Shown here: positions 51,328 through 63,389 of the stretch, piece by piece | How positions within the stretch are numbered: position 1 is the first letter of the stretch | Layout of the letters: each line of letters begins with the position of its first letter | From: an uncultured delta proteobacterium | GTDB taxonomy: Bacteria; Desulfobacterota; Desulfobaccia; Desulfobaccales; 0-14-0-80-60-11 | Assembly (NCBI GenBank): GCA_963812015.1 | Contig: CAWETI010000003.1 | Span: forward strand, 992,001-1,056,000 | Reading direction: 5' to 3' | Length of the DNA: 64,000 bases | Position numbers and translations under genes: made by a program | The notes under the pieces: model-generated | The model's database searches: none | Told to the model about the DNA's origin: nothing | Seen by the model: the letters and a program-made list of their open reading frames with translations, nothing else

Positions 51328-53985
51328 TTAGAATGACCCGCCCATGGTAAATTCCCAGGCACTGGAGCGTTCCCAAGGATGTTTCGATAAATTGTAACCC
51401 CATTCCACCCGGAGGGGACCCATGGGGGAGAACCAGCGGATGCCGAGCCCGGCGCTGGTGCGCAAAAACGGCCCAACCTCGTTGGGGCCGTAAACGTTAC
51501 CGGCATCGAAAAAGATGGTCCCATTGAGGCCCAATTTCTTATAGATCGGGAACCTGATCTCATCGTTCAATTGCAGGAAGCGGGGACCGCCGATGCGTTC
51601 ATTGGTGACGGGGTCCCGGGGGCTGATTTCAGCATATTTAAACCCCCGGATGGTGTCGATACCGCCCAGGTAGAACAGTTCGTAGGCCGGCATTTGCCCC
51701 CAATGCATCTTGTTCATCCCGCCGGCCCGGGCATGCAGCACCCCGACGAGATCCCATCCAAGGGGGAAATACCACCCACTTTCACCGATATAGCGCACAA
51801 AAGCCGTATCGCCTCCCAACCCGGCCAACTCGGTGGAGACGCTGTTGTCCGATCCCTTGGTGGGGGCGAACAGGGAATCCCGGGAATCCCGGCGGACCGT
51901 AAAGGAGGTGGCGCTGGTATTATGGATCGTGGCAGCCTGCTGCAGGACCTCGGCGGCGTTGGGTACCAGGTTGTTGAGGTGAACGTTCTCAAAGCGATAC
52001 ATCCAGAAGAGACGGGTGTACTTCCAGATCAACGGGTGGCTCAGGCGCATCGTGCTGCCCTTGCTGACCCGGGTATATTCACTGTATTGCCGCTCCCAGT
52101 TGTAGGCGTCGAGGCCGAAACCCAGGGGCCGGTCGAAGAGATAGGGCTCCACAAAGGAGAGCCGGATCCGGTGGGAAATGGTGCCGATGATTCCCTCGGC
52201 CTTGAGTGACTGGCCCCGCCCAAAGAGGTTGTTCTGGCTGATCTGCACCATCCCCACCGCTCGGTCCGCGGTACTGTAACCGGCACCGAGGCCGAAGGTA
52301 CCGGTGGGGCGCTCTTTGACCGAGATTTTCAGGTTCATGCGGTCGGGGGCGCTCCCGGGGGTGGTGGCGAAGTTCACATCTTCAAAATATTCCAGGCGCC
52401 TCAGGTTCTTGATGCTTTCTTTGAGGTTGGTGGCGTTGAACATGTCCTGCTCGTAAACCCGGAGTTCCCGGCGGATCACCTTGTCCCGGGTCTTGACATT
52501 GCCGGCGATGTCGATGCGTTCGAAATAGACCTTTTGCCCCTTATGGATGTCAAAGTTGACGTCCACCACCAATTTTTCAGCGTTCTCCTTGATGAGGGGC
52601 ACGACATCGGCATTGGCAAAACCGTGGTCGGCGTAGTAATCGGCCAAGGTCGTCAGGTCCTGCTGCAGGAGCTCCCGGCTGTAGACCTTCTCTTTGGGGA
52701 TAGCCAGCAATTTTAGAATCTTATCCTTGTCTTCCAGGAGATCGCCGGACAAATCAATCTTGCCCACCAGATATTCGGGGCCTTCTTGTATAGGGATGGT
52801 GACATAAATCCACCCACCCTTGATGTCGACCTTGGGTTCCCCGACCTTGGCCTTGATATAGCCATGGTTGTAATAAAACGCGGCGATTTTTTCCAGGTCC
52901 CGTTCCAGGACATCACGATTCAGCTTGCCCGCCCCGGTGATTAAGGAAACAAGATACACGCCCCGCTCCTTGGTTTCCATCACTTTCCGGAGTTCTTTGG
53001 CCTTGAAGGCCGTGTTGCCCTCGAACTCAATATCCTTGATGGACATTTTGCCGCCTTCATTGACATGGAGCACCAGATTGACTTCGTGTTCGGCCACCGG
53101 GACCAATTCATAGGTGATTTGGGCCTCATAAAACCCCTTTTCCCGATAGGTCTGCTGGACTTTATTGAGATCTTCCTTGATGGCGCCTTCCGAGGCCACG
53201 GAGAAGGGTTTGAGATTCATGACCTCGATGATTTTGTCCTTCTTCAGCTTGTTGTTGCCCTCCACGTGAATCTCGCGGATGGCGGGTTTTTCTTGCACCA
53301 GGACGGTCAGGACCCGCCCTTCCGGGGTGTCGTTGACATCCAGCCGGACGTCGGTGAAATAGCCCATTTTATAGATGGCTTTCAAATCTTCCCGGATGTG
53401 GGCCGGCGCCAGGGTTTCGCCTTCCCGGGTCTGCATCACGCCCAGGATGGCATCCTTTTCGATACGGCGGTTGCCCTTGACCACAATGTGGGCAATCCGT
53501 TCTTTCCCTAAAATTTTTAGACTCAGTTCCTGGGCCATTTGGCGAGAAAGGCCGGTTAAGGACTTGATTCCGGTCCCCTGGAGTTTCGTGCTGGTGGCCC
53601 CTTTCCGGCCGGTGAGGTCCAGGACCCGGCCTTCCAGGGAGAGCATGTCCCCCACCTTGAGCAAGGTGCCCCAAATGGCCATATCCGCCCCCAGCTTCCG
53701 GGCGATTTCTTGAGCCTGGGCGTCATCCAAGGGTTCCGTCAGTTGGGAGAGTCCCTTATGGAGATCTTCCTGGGAAATCATAGTGAAGCCGTCGGCTTTC
53801 AAGCGCTCTTGAATTTCCTGGCTGATCTTTACTCCCAGGTTATCCAAGGGTTCTTTGCTGGTGACGATAAAGGGGAAGACCGCGACTTTCTTAAAAACCA
53901 GTCCCTGCTCCTGGGCCCGGGCCGGCCCGCCTGCCGCCACAGCCAACAGCACCAGGAGCAATGCCACTATCAGGCGTTGTGCCAC
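51328..53985 (-). CDS. bamA: Outer membrane protein assembly factor BamA (with extra N-terminal domain)
   Basis: POTRA repeats, TRDKVIRRE, IRGF loop, W.SPMGP, terminal F. Confidence 0.96.
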   Translation of the reverse strand: MAQRLIVALLLVLLAVAAGGPARAQEQGLVFKKVAVFPFIVTSKEPLDNLGVKISQEIQERLKADGFTMISQEDLHKGLSQLTEPLDDAQAQEIARKLGADMAIWGTLLKVGDMLSLEGRVLDLTGRKGATSTKLQGTGIKSLTGLSRQMAQELSLKILGKERIAHIVVKGNRRIEKDAILGVMQTREGETLAPAHIREDLKAIYKMGYFTDVRLDVNDTPEGRVLTVLVQEKPAIREIHVEGNNKLKKDKIIEVMNLKPFSVASEGAIKEDLNKVQQTYREKGFYEAQITYELVPVAEHEVNLVLHVNEGGKMSIKDIEFEGNTAFKAKELRKVMETKERGVYLVSLITGAGKLNRDVLERDLEKIAAFYYNHGYIKAKVGEPKVDIKGGWIYVTIPIQEGPEYLVGKIDLSGDLLEDKDKILKLLAIPKEKVYSRELLQQDLTTLADYYADHGFANADVVPLIKENAEKLVVDVNFDIHKGQKVYFERIDIAGNVKTRDKVIRRELRVYEQDMFNATNLKESIKNLRRLEYFEDVNFATTPGSAPDRMNLKISVKERPTGTFGLGAGYSTADRAVGMVQISQNNLFGRGQSLKAEGIIGTISHRIRLSFVEPYLFDRPLGFGLDAYNWERQYSEYTRVSKGSTMRLSHPLIWKYTRLFWMYRFENVHLNNLVPNAAEVLQQAATIHNTSATSFTVRRDSRDSLFAPTKGSDNSVSTELAGLGGDTAFVRYIGESGWYFPLGWDLVGVLHARAGGMNKMHWGQMPAYELFYLGGIDTIRGFKYAEISPRDPVTNERIGGPRFLQLNDEIRFPIYKKLGLNGTIFFDAGNVYGPNEVGPFLRTSAGLGIRWFSPMGPLRVEWGYNLSKHPWERSSAWEFTMGGSF

Positions 53986-53995
53986 CTTATTCCCC

Positions 53996-54697
53996 CTATA
54001 AAACTACTGCCTTACCTTCCAGCAGAGTGATCTGTCGGTCCAGAGTTCGGGCCATCTCCAAGTTATGGGTGACGATAACCGAGGTGAGGCCCCGTTCGCG
54101 GTTCAGGTTGAGGATGAGTTCCTGCACCCGGGCCCCGCTTTTGGGATCCAGGTTACCGGTGGGTTCATCCGCCAGGAGCACCTCCGGTTCCAGCACCAGG
54201 GCCCGGGCCACCGCTACCCGCTGCTGCTCGCCACCGGACAGGGTGGAGACGCGGTGGGTCAAACGCTCTTTGAGCCCCACCCGGACTAGAATCGCCTCGG
54301 CCTTCTCCCGGGCGACCGGTTGGGGGATCCGGGCGATAAGCCCCGGCATCATTACATTTTCCAGGGCATTGAATTCAGCCAGCAGATGGTGAAACTGAAA
54401 CACGAACCCAACCTTGCGATTGCGAAAGGCCGCCAGGGAACGGTCGTCCAGGGAGAAGACGTCTTCGCCGTCCCATCGGACCTCTCCGCCGCTGGGGCGC
54501 TCCAGGGTCCCCAAGATGTGAAGCAGCGTGGATTTTCCTACCCCCGAAGCCCCCACCACGGCCAGGGTTTCTCCCTGGCGGATATCCAGGTCCACCCCGG
54601 AGAGGACTTCCACCTGGATGCCGTTATGCCTGAAGGTTTTGACCAGCTTTCTGAGCTCGATCTTAACCGGGGCCTGAAGTGTTGCCTGTTCTGTCAT
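53996..54697 (-). CDS. lolD: Lipoprotein-releasing ABC ATPase
   Basis: GASGVGKST, FVFQFHHLL, LSGGEQQR, DEPTGNLD. Confidence 0.93.
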   Translation of the reverse strand: MTEQATLQAPVKIELRKLVKTFRHNGIQVEVLSGVDLDIRQGETLAVVGASGVGKSTLLHILGTLERPSGGEVRWDGEDVFSLDDRSLAAFRNRKVGFVFQFHHLLAEFNALENVMMPGLIARIPQPVAREKAEAILVRVGLKERLTHRVSTLSGGEQQRVAVARALVLEPEVLLADEPTGNLDPKSGARVQELILNLNRERGLTSVIVTHNLEMARTLDRQITLLEGKAVVL

Positions 54698-55009
54698 GAG
54701 CTTTGCTGATTGGTAAGCCACCTTATCACTTATCCCAGGGAGCGTCAATGTGGGTTTTCGGTTTTCAGTTATCCGTTTTCGGGGGCAAATTTGCGCCTTT
54801 TTTAGCACCCTCTGGGTTATTGGATAATCCGAATCAAGAACTGTTAAATCTTATACTCTGAGAGCGAGACCCGGGGCAACCCCTGGCCGACATAAATCAG
54901 CTTACCCTGCACACCAAAACCGAATACGTCCCTCATCTTTTTTCGCAGGCGAGACATGCGACGCTAACTTACGGATAATTCAGATTTTAACCGAAAACCG
55001 AAACGAGCT

Positions 55010-56245
55010 TTACTCATAGCGAATCGCCTCCACCGGGTCCAGACGGGCTGCCTGCCAGGCAGGATAGAGGGTGGCGACGAAGCTGATGGCCATGGCCGCA
55101 ACGATGATGGCCAGCACATCCAGCCCCTGGACCGTCACCGGCAGGGTGGAAATATAATAAACATCACGGGGTAGCTTGATGAACTGGTACTTTTTCAGAA
55201 TGGCGCAGAGTCCCAGGCCCAGCCCCAGGCCGCCGGCCGTGCCCAGGGCCCCGATGACCAGACCGTTAATCATGAAAATCTGCATGATGCTCTGGCGGGT
55301 GGCCCCCATGGACTTGAGAATGGCGATGTCCCGGGTCTTCTTCATGACCATCATGAAGAGGGTGGAGGCGATGCCGAAAGCCGCCACCAAAATGATCAGG
55401 GTGAGGATGATGAACATGGCGATCTTCTCAAGCTTCAGGGCGGCGAAGAGGCTACGGTTCATCTGCATCCAGTTGCGGGTATAGAAGCCGGGGCCGAGCT
55501 TTTGCTCGATGACCGTCCCGAGCTGCTCCGCACCATAGATATCCTTGATTTCCACTTCCAGGCCGGTGACCCGATGCCCCAAACCCAGGAATTCCTGGAG
55601 GGCCGGGATGCTGGTGTAGACCAGGGAGGAGTCGAACTCGTACATGCCCGAGTGAAAGACGGCGGTGACCCGAAAGGCCTTCATCCGGGGCAACCTGCCC
55701 ATGGGCGTCAGGGTGCCCAGGGGGGAGATGATGTTCAGGTAGTCCCCCACTTTGAGGCTGAGGTTTTTGGCGAGCTCGTTGCCGACGCCGATCCGGGGCG
55801 GTTCGCCGGGTTCGCCCCCGGCCAGGTCGGCGAACTTACCCGCCACCACGTCCAGGGCCTTGGGCCCACCCTGGCGGATGGAGGCAAGGTCCAGGCCCCG
55901 GATGACTCCGCCGGAGACATTTCCCGGGGCGGAGTACATCACCTGGGTGTAGATGAAGGGGTCAGCCGAAACCACCCCAGGCATCTTCTGGATGGTGGCG
56001 GCCAGCTGGGGGGCGTCCGTGAGGCTGGCCCCGTGTTTGAGCACAATGATGTGGGCGTTGACGCTGAGGATCTTCTTCTTCAGGTCCAAATCAAAGCCGG
56101 TCATCACCCCGATGACCACGATGAGGGCCATGACCCCGACCATCACCCCGGCTACGGAGATGAAGGTGGACAGGGACAGAAAACCTTTCTGGCGTTTGAC
56201 CCCCTTGAGCAGCCGCAGGGCCACGAAAGACTCAAAGAACCCCAA
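55010..56245 (-). CDS. lolE: Lipoprotein-releasing ABC permease (LolC/E)
   Basis: GVMAL..V.GVM.GF, W..MN..LF.ALKLEK, YPA..AA..DPVEA.RYE. Confidence 0.92.
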   Translation of the reverse strand: MGFFESFVALRLLKGVKRQKGFLSLSTFISVAGVMVGVMALIVVIGVMTGFDLDLKKKILSVNAHIIVLKHGASLTDAPQLAATIQKMPGVVSADPFIYTQVMYSAPGNVSGGVIRGLDLASIRQGGPKALDVVAGKFADLAGGEPGEPPRIGVGNELAKNLSLKVGDYLNIISPLGTLTPMGRLPRMKAFRVTAVFHSGMYEFDSSLVYTSIPALQEFLGLGHRVTGLEVEIKDIYGAEQLGTVIEQKLGPGFYTRNWMQMNRSLFAALKLEKIAMFIILTLIILVAAFGIASTLFMMVMKKTRDIAILKSMGATRQSIMQIFMINGLVIGALGTAGGLGLGLGLCAILKKYQFIKLPRDVYYISTLPVTVQGLDVLAIIVAAMAISFVATLYPAWQAARLDPVEAIRYE

Positions 56246-56250
56246 GTCCC

Positions 56251-57735
56251 TTACCTCTCCGGCCTAAGGAGCGGAAATAAAATGACGTCCCGGATCGAGG
56301 GGGAATCGGTGAGGAGCATCACCAGGCGGTCGATGCCGATGCCCTCCCCCGCGGTGGGCGGCATGCCTTGCTCCAGGGCGGTGACGAAGTCTTCATCCAG
56401 GGCGTGGGGCATCTCTTCATCGCCGGCGGAGTGAGCGGATAGTTGGGCTTCGAAGCGCTGCCGCTGGTCCAGGGGGTCGTTGAGCTCGGAGAAGGCGTTG
56501 GCCATCTCCCGCCCATTGATGAAGAGTTCGAACCGGTCCACCACCTCCGGGTCGGTATCGCTGCCCCGGGACAGGGGCGAGGTCTCCCGGGGGTAGCCCA
56601 GGATAAAGGTAGGCTGCTGGAGGCGGGCTTCCACCTTGAGGTCGAAGAGTTTCGTAAGGGCCCGGCCGTAGCCTTCACCGGGACGCAGGGTGACCCCCTC
56701 CTCGAGGGCCAAATCCACTAAAGCCTCCCGGTCCCGCACCACCTCAGGGGGAATGCCCCCGATCTCGGTGAGGGACTCCCTCAGATCCAGGCGTCGCCAG
56801 GGCGGGGTGAGGTCGATCTCGACGCCCTGGCAGGTGAGGCTAAGGGTCCCCAGAACCTCCTGAGCCACATAGGCGATTAGCTCTTCGGTTAGCCGCATCA
56901 GGTCTTCGTAGGTGGCGTAGGCCTGGTAGAACTCCAGCATGGTGAATTCGGGATTGTGCTGGATGGAGAGCCCTTCGTTGCGAAAATTCCGGTTGATTTC
57001 GAAGACCCGGTCGAAGCCGCCGATGACCAGGCGCTTCAGATAGAGTTCCGGGGCGATCCTCAGGTACAGGGTCATGTCCAGGGCCTGGTGGTAAGTGACG
57101 AAGGGCTTGGCCGTGGCGCCCCCGGGAATGGGCTGCATCATGGGGGTTTCCACTTCCAGGAAGCCCCGGGCTTCAAAAAACTTTCGCATCAGCGTTATGA
57201 TGGCGGCCCGCCTTATGAACACCTCCCGCACCTGGGGGTTGACCATCAGGTCCAGGTAGCGCTGGCGATAGCGAGTTTCTATGTCGGTGAGCCCGTGAAA
57301 CTTTTCCGGCAAGGGCAGCAGGGACTTGGTGAGCAGGACGAAACTGCTCACCGCCAGGGTGAGTTCCCCGGTTTTGGTGCGAAAGAGCGTGCCGGTAAAC
57401 CCCACGATGTCGCCCAGGTCCAGGCGCTTGAATTGGGCGAAGGCCTCCGGGCCCAGCACCTGTTTCTGGACGTAAGCCTGGAGGCGGCTGGTGCCGTCCT
57501 GGAAGTGGCAGAAGGTGGCCTTGCCGAACTCCCGGAGCAGCATCAGGCGGCCGGCCAGACGGAAGGTCTGGTTGAGGGCCTCCAGTTCGGGGCCGGCTAG
57601 GGCGCCGAATTCCTCCAGGATGGGGGCGATGGCGTGGGTGGGGACGAAGCGGTTGCAGAAGGGGTCGATCCCCTGCTCCCGCAGCTCATTAAGCTTCTGC
57701 AGACGCTGGTTGCGGATGTGGTCTGATTGAGCCAT
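56251..57735 (-). CDS. lysS: Lysine--tRNA ligase (class II)
   Basis: LPEKFHGL, RYRQRY, LRIAPELYLKR, HNPEFT, GMPPTAG.GIGIDRL. Confidence 0.98.
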   Translation of the reverse strand: MAQSDHIRNQRLQKLNELREQGIDPFCNRFVPTHAIAPILEEFGALAGPELEALNQTFRLAGRLMLLREFGKATFCHFQDGTSRLQAYVQKQVLGPEAFAQFKRLDLGDIVGFTGTLFRTKTGELTLAVSSFVLLTKSLLPLPEKFHGLTDIETRYRQRYLDLMVNPQVREVFIRRAAIITLMRKFFEARGFLEVETPMMQPIPGGATAKPFVTYHQALDMTLYLRIAPELYLKRLVIGGFDRVFEINRNFRNEGLSIQHNPEFTMLEFYQAYATYEDLMRLTEELIAYVAQEVLGTLSLTCQGVEIDLTPPWRRLDLRESLTEIGGIPPEVVRDREALVDLALEEGVTLRPGEGYGRALTKLFDLKVEARLQQPTFILGYPRETSPLSRGSDTDPEVVDRFELFINGREMANAFSELNDPLDQRQRFEAQLSAHSAGDEEMPHALDEDFVTALEQGMPPTAGEGIGIDRLVMLLTDSPSIRDVILFPLLRPER

Positions 57736-58001
57736 GCGATATCAGCCTAACTATGGTGCCGATGAATTGGTCCTCAAACTATAATTTTTAGATTATTCCC
57801 GGCCCTTAGTCAAGGGTTAATGGCCGACCAAGAGGGCAGCGCCTCGGCCTGGCCCGGCCCGGCTTCTGCCTTCAACGCCGGGCCAACCGGGTTTTTCTGA
57901 CCCGGGCCAGCTGATCTCCAGGAAAGATTATCCGATAATTTTCGCCTAAGTACGCAAAACTTGTGGACAGCTCGGGTTTTTGTTACTATTGGACAGCAAT
58001 T

Positions 58002-58439
58002 ATGTTTTTCTTAGAAACCTTTACCCTTGAGGTCATGACCACGGCCGGCACCGACATCCCGGACCTCACCGAGGCGGTGGCAGCGCGGGTTGAACAAACC
58101 GGGGTGGCGGAGGGGTTGCTCACCCTGTTCATCTCAGGGTCCACCGCGGCCTTGAGCACCATTGAGTTTGAGACCGGCGTGGTCAATGATTTGCGGGCGG
58201 CCATCGAGCGCCTCTTCCCCCGGGACATGCCCTATGAACACGACCGCCGTTGGGGCGACGGCAACGGTTACGCCCACGTCCGGGCCGCATTTCTCAAGCC
58301 TTCCCTCAACATTCCCGTCGCCGGGGGCCGCCTCCAATTGGGGACCTGGCAGCAGATCGTTTTGCTGGACTTTGACAACCGGCCCCGGCAGCGCCGCATC
58401 CAGGGGCAGGTTATGGGACTCAAGCCGGACCAGGGTTAA
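58002..58439 (+). CDS. yjbQ: YjbQ family (secondary thiamine-phosphate synthase)
   Basis: GSTA....E.E, GN..AH, LGTWQQI...DFD. Confidence 0.92.
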   Translation: MFFLETFTLEVMTTAGTDIPDLTEAVAARVEQTGVAEGLLTLFISGSTAALSTIEFETGVVNDLRAAIERLFPRDMPYEHDRRWGDGNGYAHVRAAFLKPSLNIPVAGGRLQLGTWQQIVLLDFDNRPRQRRIQGQVMGLKPDQG

Positions 58440-58465
58440 CCTCCACTCATCGTAAAATCCACCCC

Positions 58466-59452
<987 letters not shown>

Positions 59453-59505
59453 GTCGGAATGCAGGGGAGGCCCGGGCACGGCGCCCGGACCGTTGGAGCA
59501 ACCTT

Positions 59506-61935
59506 ATGTCTGATAAAGACGTACCCAAAGCCATCAGCCGAATCTTTGGCATGGGACGCAGCCTGCGCGCCAGGTTGCCCAAGACCTTCAGCCACAAAAC
59601 CGTTCTGTCCCCCTGGCAAGACCTGGGCGCCAAGGTGGCGCTGCTCCTGTTCTTAAGCCTGGTGCTGGCCCTCATCCTGTCGCCCCGGATCTCGGAGTCG
59701 CTGCACGATTACCGGTTGGGGGATGTGGCCCAGGAGAACCTCAAGGCCACCGGCCGATTCCTGGTGGAGGACGTGGAGACCACGGCCAAGCGGGAGCAGG
59801 AGCTAATGAGGCAAATGCCCCCGGTGCTTGATTTGCAGGAGCAGTTGGGGGACCAGGTGCAGCAGCGGCTTCAGCAGGCCATGGACTATATGCGGCGCAT
59901 CGCCCAGGAAGCCGTGGCGTCCCCCCAGGGGGCCGGCGCCAAATCCAAGTCCCCGGTGCCCTATAAGGTCTTCCTGGAGCACAAGTCCGAATTCGACCGC
60001 ATCCTGGGGGTCACCATCCCCAAGCCCACCTTCCACCTCCTGGCCAAAGCCGAGTTCTCCCCCTACCTGGAAGCCATGGTCAGCCAGGTGTTGGGGCAGT
60101 TTTTCCGGCAGGGGGTGATTAGCAGCCGCACCTTCCTCCAGACGGAGCCTCGGGAGATCCTGGTGCGCCGCCTGCCCTCCCGCAAGGAGACGGTGGAGCG
60201 TCCGCCCTTTGGCTTTATTGAACTGGATGAGGGGCGGAAATCCGCGGCGGGATATTGCCGGGACGTGTCCGTAGAAGTGTCCCCCGCCGACCGGTGGTTG
60301 GTGTGCGATCTGACTCAGCTCCTGCTGGTGCCCAACGTCTCCCCCAACTGGGCCGAAACCCATGAGCGCCAGCAGGTCCGCCTGCAAGAACTAAAGCCCG
60401 TTTATTTCAAGGTGAAGCGGGGCGAGATGCTGGTGCGGGAAGGCGAGCGGATTACCCCCCTGCACCTGGCCAAGTTGCAGGCCCAGAGCAAGATCTACCC
60501 CCGCAGCCGGGGCGTCCTGATATTCCTGGGGCTCTTCCTCTGCCTGGCCGCCCTCCTGGGAGTCTCCTATCACCTGGGCCGCATCACCTTGCGGCGCTTT
60601 TCCACCCGCTGGCGGGACCTGGCCTTTGTCGCGGCCCTGCTCCTGGCTGGTATCGTGCTGAACAAGGGGCTCCTGGTGCTGGGGGACAACCTGTCCCGAA
60701 ACCTCACCCTGGTGGGGGAAAACCTGGTGTACGTTCTGCCCCAGGGATTGGCCGCCATCTTTGCCGCCATGTTTATGGGGTTGGAGATGGGGGTGGGGGT
60801 GGCCTTTCTCTGCGCCACGTTCGCGGCCCTGGCGGTGGGGAAGCCCTTCCCCCTGTTCATCTACTTCGTCATTGCGGGCCTGGTGGGGGTCTGGGGGGTG
60901 AAAAGTTGCCGCCGCCGCAGCGCCTTGATCCAAACCGGCTTGTGGATCAGCCTGGCTAATATGGTCCTGGTAGTGGCCTTTAAATTGCTGGAGTTTCCCT
61001 TCACCGGCAACGACCTGCTCATCGGGGAGGCCTTCGCCCTGGGCGGCGGGGTCCTCACCGGCATCCTGGCCCTGGGGCTGACCCCCATCATGGAGTCGTT
61101 GTTCCGCTACTCTTCCAATATCCGCCTGCTGGAGCTCCTGAACCTGGACCAGCCCGTGCTCAAAGAGCTGATGCTCATCACCCCGGGGACCTATCATCAC
61201 TCCATGGTGGTGGGCCAGATGGTGGAAGCCGCGGCGGAGACCATCGGGGCCAATCCCATGCTGGCCAAGGCCGCCGCCTATTACCACGATATCGGCAAGA
61301 TCAAGAAGCCGGGCTATTTTGTGGAAAACCAGATGGGCGGGGAAAACAAGCACGAGAAGCTGGCCCCCTCCATGAGCAGCCTGATCCTTACCTCCCATGT
61401 CAAGGACGGGGTGGACCTGGCCCGGAAACACCGGCTGGGGGAGGCCATCTCGGATATCATCCGCCAGCACCACGGCACCAACATGATCAGCTACTTTTTC
61501 CACAAGGCCAAGACCCAGGCGGCCAACCCCAACCAGGTCAAGATGGAAGATTACCGCTACCCCGGGCCTCGGCCCCAAACCAAGGAAGCCGGGCTGGTGC
61601 TTCTGGCGGACCAGGTGGAGGCGGCCTCCCGGACCCTGACCGACCCGACCCCGGCCCGCATCCAGGGCATGGTCCAGAAGATCATCAACAATGTCTTCGC
61701 CGACGGCCAGTTGGATGAATGTGAGCTTACCCTGAAGGACCTGCATCACATCGCCAGGAGCTTCAACAAGATCTTGAGCGGCATCTTTCACCAGCGTATC
61801 CACTACCCCCAGTCCGTGGACAAGAAGAAGCCTCATGAAGATTTGGATAAACAACCGGCAAAGAAAAACAGTCTTAAGTCAGGAGAAGCTCAGGAAAAAA
61901 GCCGCGAAGATCTTAAACGCCTTGGGATGGCCTAA
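59506..61935 (+). CDS. 7TM-HD phosphohydrolase (PgpH-like HDIG)
   Basis: PGTYHHS, YHDIGK, F.ENQ, QHHGT, RYPGP.P, LAD.VEAA; multiple TMs. Confidence 0.92.
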   Translation: MSDKDVPKAISRIFGMGRSLRARLPKTFSHKTVLSPWQDLGAKVALLLFLSLVLALILSPRISESLHDYRLGDVAQENLKATGRFLVEDVETTAKREQELMRQMPPVLDLQEQLGDQVQQRLQQAMDYMRRIAQEAVASPQGAGAKSKSPVPYKVFLEHKSEFDRILGVTIPKPTFHLLAKAEFSPYLEAMVSQVLGQFFRQGVISSRTFLQTEPREILVRRLPSRKETVERPPFGFIELDEGRKSAAGYCRDVSVEVSPADRWLVCDLTQLLLVPNVSPNWAETHERQQVRLQELKPVYFKVKRGEMLVREGERITPLHLAKLQAQSKIYPRSRGVLIFLGLFLCLAALLGVSYHLGRITLRRFSTRWRDLAFVAALLLAGIVLNKGLLVLGDNLSRNLTLVGENLVYVLPQGLAAIFAAMFMGLEMGVGVAFLCATFAALAVGKPFPLFIYFVIAGLVGVWGVKSCRRRSALIQTGLWISLANMVLVVAFKLLEFPFTGNDLLIGEAFALGGGVLTGILALGLTPIMESLFRYSSNIRLLELLNLDQPVLKELMLITPGTYHHSMVVGQMVEAAAETIGANPMLAKAAAYYHDIGKIKKPGYFVENQMGGENKHEKLAPSMSSLILTSHVKDGVDLARKHRLGEAISDIIRQHHGTNMISYFFHKAKTQAANPNQVKMEDYRYPGPRPQTKEAGLVLLADQVEAASRTLTDPTPARIQGMVQKIINNVFADGQLDECELTLKDLHHIARSFNKILSGIFHQRIHYPQSVDKKKPHEDLDKQPAKKNSLKSGEAQEKSREDLKRLGMA

Positions 61936-62308
61936 AGGGGAACTGAGCCTCACCCTGATGAACGACCGGACCATGGCGCGCCTCAACCGGGAAACCTTTG
62001 GGCGGCGCGGCCCCACCAACGTCATTTCCTTCCCGGTGGACGACGTCCCTAGCCCCATTGGTCCCCCGGCGCTCCTGGGCGAAGTGGTGATTTGCCTGGA
62101 GACCACCCGCCGTCAGGCCCAGGAATTTGGCTGGCCCTGGCAAGAACTCCTCGATTTTTTTCTGATTCACGGTATATTACATCTGTTGGGCTACGACCAC
62201 GAAGAGCCCGCGGCCGCGGCGCGCATGGATGCCAGGGCCTGGGAGTTGATGGACCGGCTCTACCCCGGCCGGTCCTGGGACTTGGAGGCGACCGGAGAAA
62301 AGGTCTGA
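61835..62308 (+). CDS. ybeY: rRNA maturation RNase YbeY
   Basis: PTNVISF, LGEVVI, IHGILHLLGYDH. Confidence 0.95.
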   Translation: MKIWINNRQRKTVLSQEKLRKKAAKILNALGWPKGELSLTLMNDRTMARLNRETFGRRGPTNVISFPVDDVPSPIGPPALLGEVVICLETTRRQAQEFGWPWQELLDFFLIHGILHLLGYDHEEPAAAARMDARAWELMDRLYPGRSWDLEATGEKV

Positions 62309-62419
62309 AGCGCGCCGGAGGGGCGGACCTCGTTGTCCGCCCTCCGGGGGAAATCCACAGGTGCGCCCCCATTATGAAGAAAAAGATAAGCGAAGAATGA
62401 GTTTTCAAGGAGGATCTGC

Positions 62420-63136
62420 GTGCCCCGACTGGAAGTAAACGTTGATCATGTGGCCACCCTGCGCCAGGCCCGTCTCGGCAACGAGCCGGACCCGGTGACG
62501 GCCGCGGCCCTGGCGGAGCTGGCCGGGGCCGATGGCATCATCGTCCACCTCAGAGAAGACCGGCGCCACATCCAGGACCGGGACCTGGAGCTGCTGCGCC
62601 AGACCATCAAGACCCGCCTCAATCTGGAGATGGCCGCCACCCCGGAGATGCTCACCATTGCCCGGGAGATCAAGCCCGACATGGTGACCCTGGTGCCGGA
62701 GAAACGCCAGGAGCTCACCACCGAAGGGGGCCTGGAGGTGGCGAAAAACATGGCCTTTCTTAAAAATTACCTCCAGGACGTGAAAGAAGTGGGCCTGCGG
62801 GTCAGCCTCTTCGTGGACCCGGTGACCCCGCAGATCGATGCGGCCAAGGAAGCGGGGGCCGAGTGGGTGGAGCTGCACACCGGCACCTACGCCGACGCCC
62901 TTACCCGGGCCGAAGCCACCCGGCTCTTTCAGGAGATTCTCAACGCCGCCCGGCATGCCCGGAGCCTGGGGTTGAAGGTCAAATGCGGCCACGGCCTCAA
63001 TTACCAAAACATCAAGCCGTTCCGGGGCCGGGAGGAGTTCGCCGAGTTCTCCATCGGGCATGCCATCATGGCCCGGGCCATCCTGGTGGGGATCGACCGG
63101 GCGGTTCGGGAGATGGTGGCGCTGATCAGGGGTTAA
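62420..63136 (+). CDS. pdxJ: Pyridoxine 5'-phosphate synthase
   Basis: [43 protein letters not shown]. Confidence 0.97.
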   Translation: MPRLEVNVDHVATLRQARLGNEPDPVTAAALAELAGADGIIVHLREDRRHIQDRDLELLRQTIKTRLNLEMAATPEMLTIAREIKPDMVTLVPEKRQELTTEGGLEVAKNMAFLKNYLQDVKEVGLRVSLFVDPVTPQIDAAKEAGAEWVELHTGTYADALTRAEATRLFQEILNAARHARSLGLKVKCGHGLNYQNIKPFRGREEFAEFSIGHAIMARAILVGIDRAVREMVALIRG

Positions 63137-63184
63137 CATAACGGTCAGCGATCAGCGGCCAGCCAAGCATTCAGCTTGGCGAAG

Positions 63185-63323
63185 CCTATCAGGCTGTTGA
63201 AAAACCACAATTTCCCCAGTTTGTCATTCTGACCGAAGGGAAGAATCTCGTATTTTCAGGTAGATGAGATCCTTCGCTGCGCTCAGGATGACAAAAAAGC
63301 CGATTTTTCAACAGCCTGATAGG
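63185..63323. mobile_element. MITE-like palindromic element
   Basis: 20-bp terminal IR CCTATCAGGCTGTTGAAAAA / TTTTTCAACAGCCTGATAGG around an internal TGTCATTCTGA..TCAGGATGACA hairpin. Confidence 0.75.
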
Positions 63324-63389
63324 GTGTGTCCGGTGCACCAGCTTCTCGTTGCCAAGTTCATTCCCGGGCACGAGGGGCGGCAAGGTCCT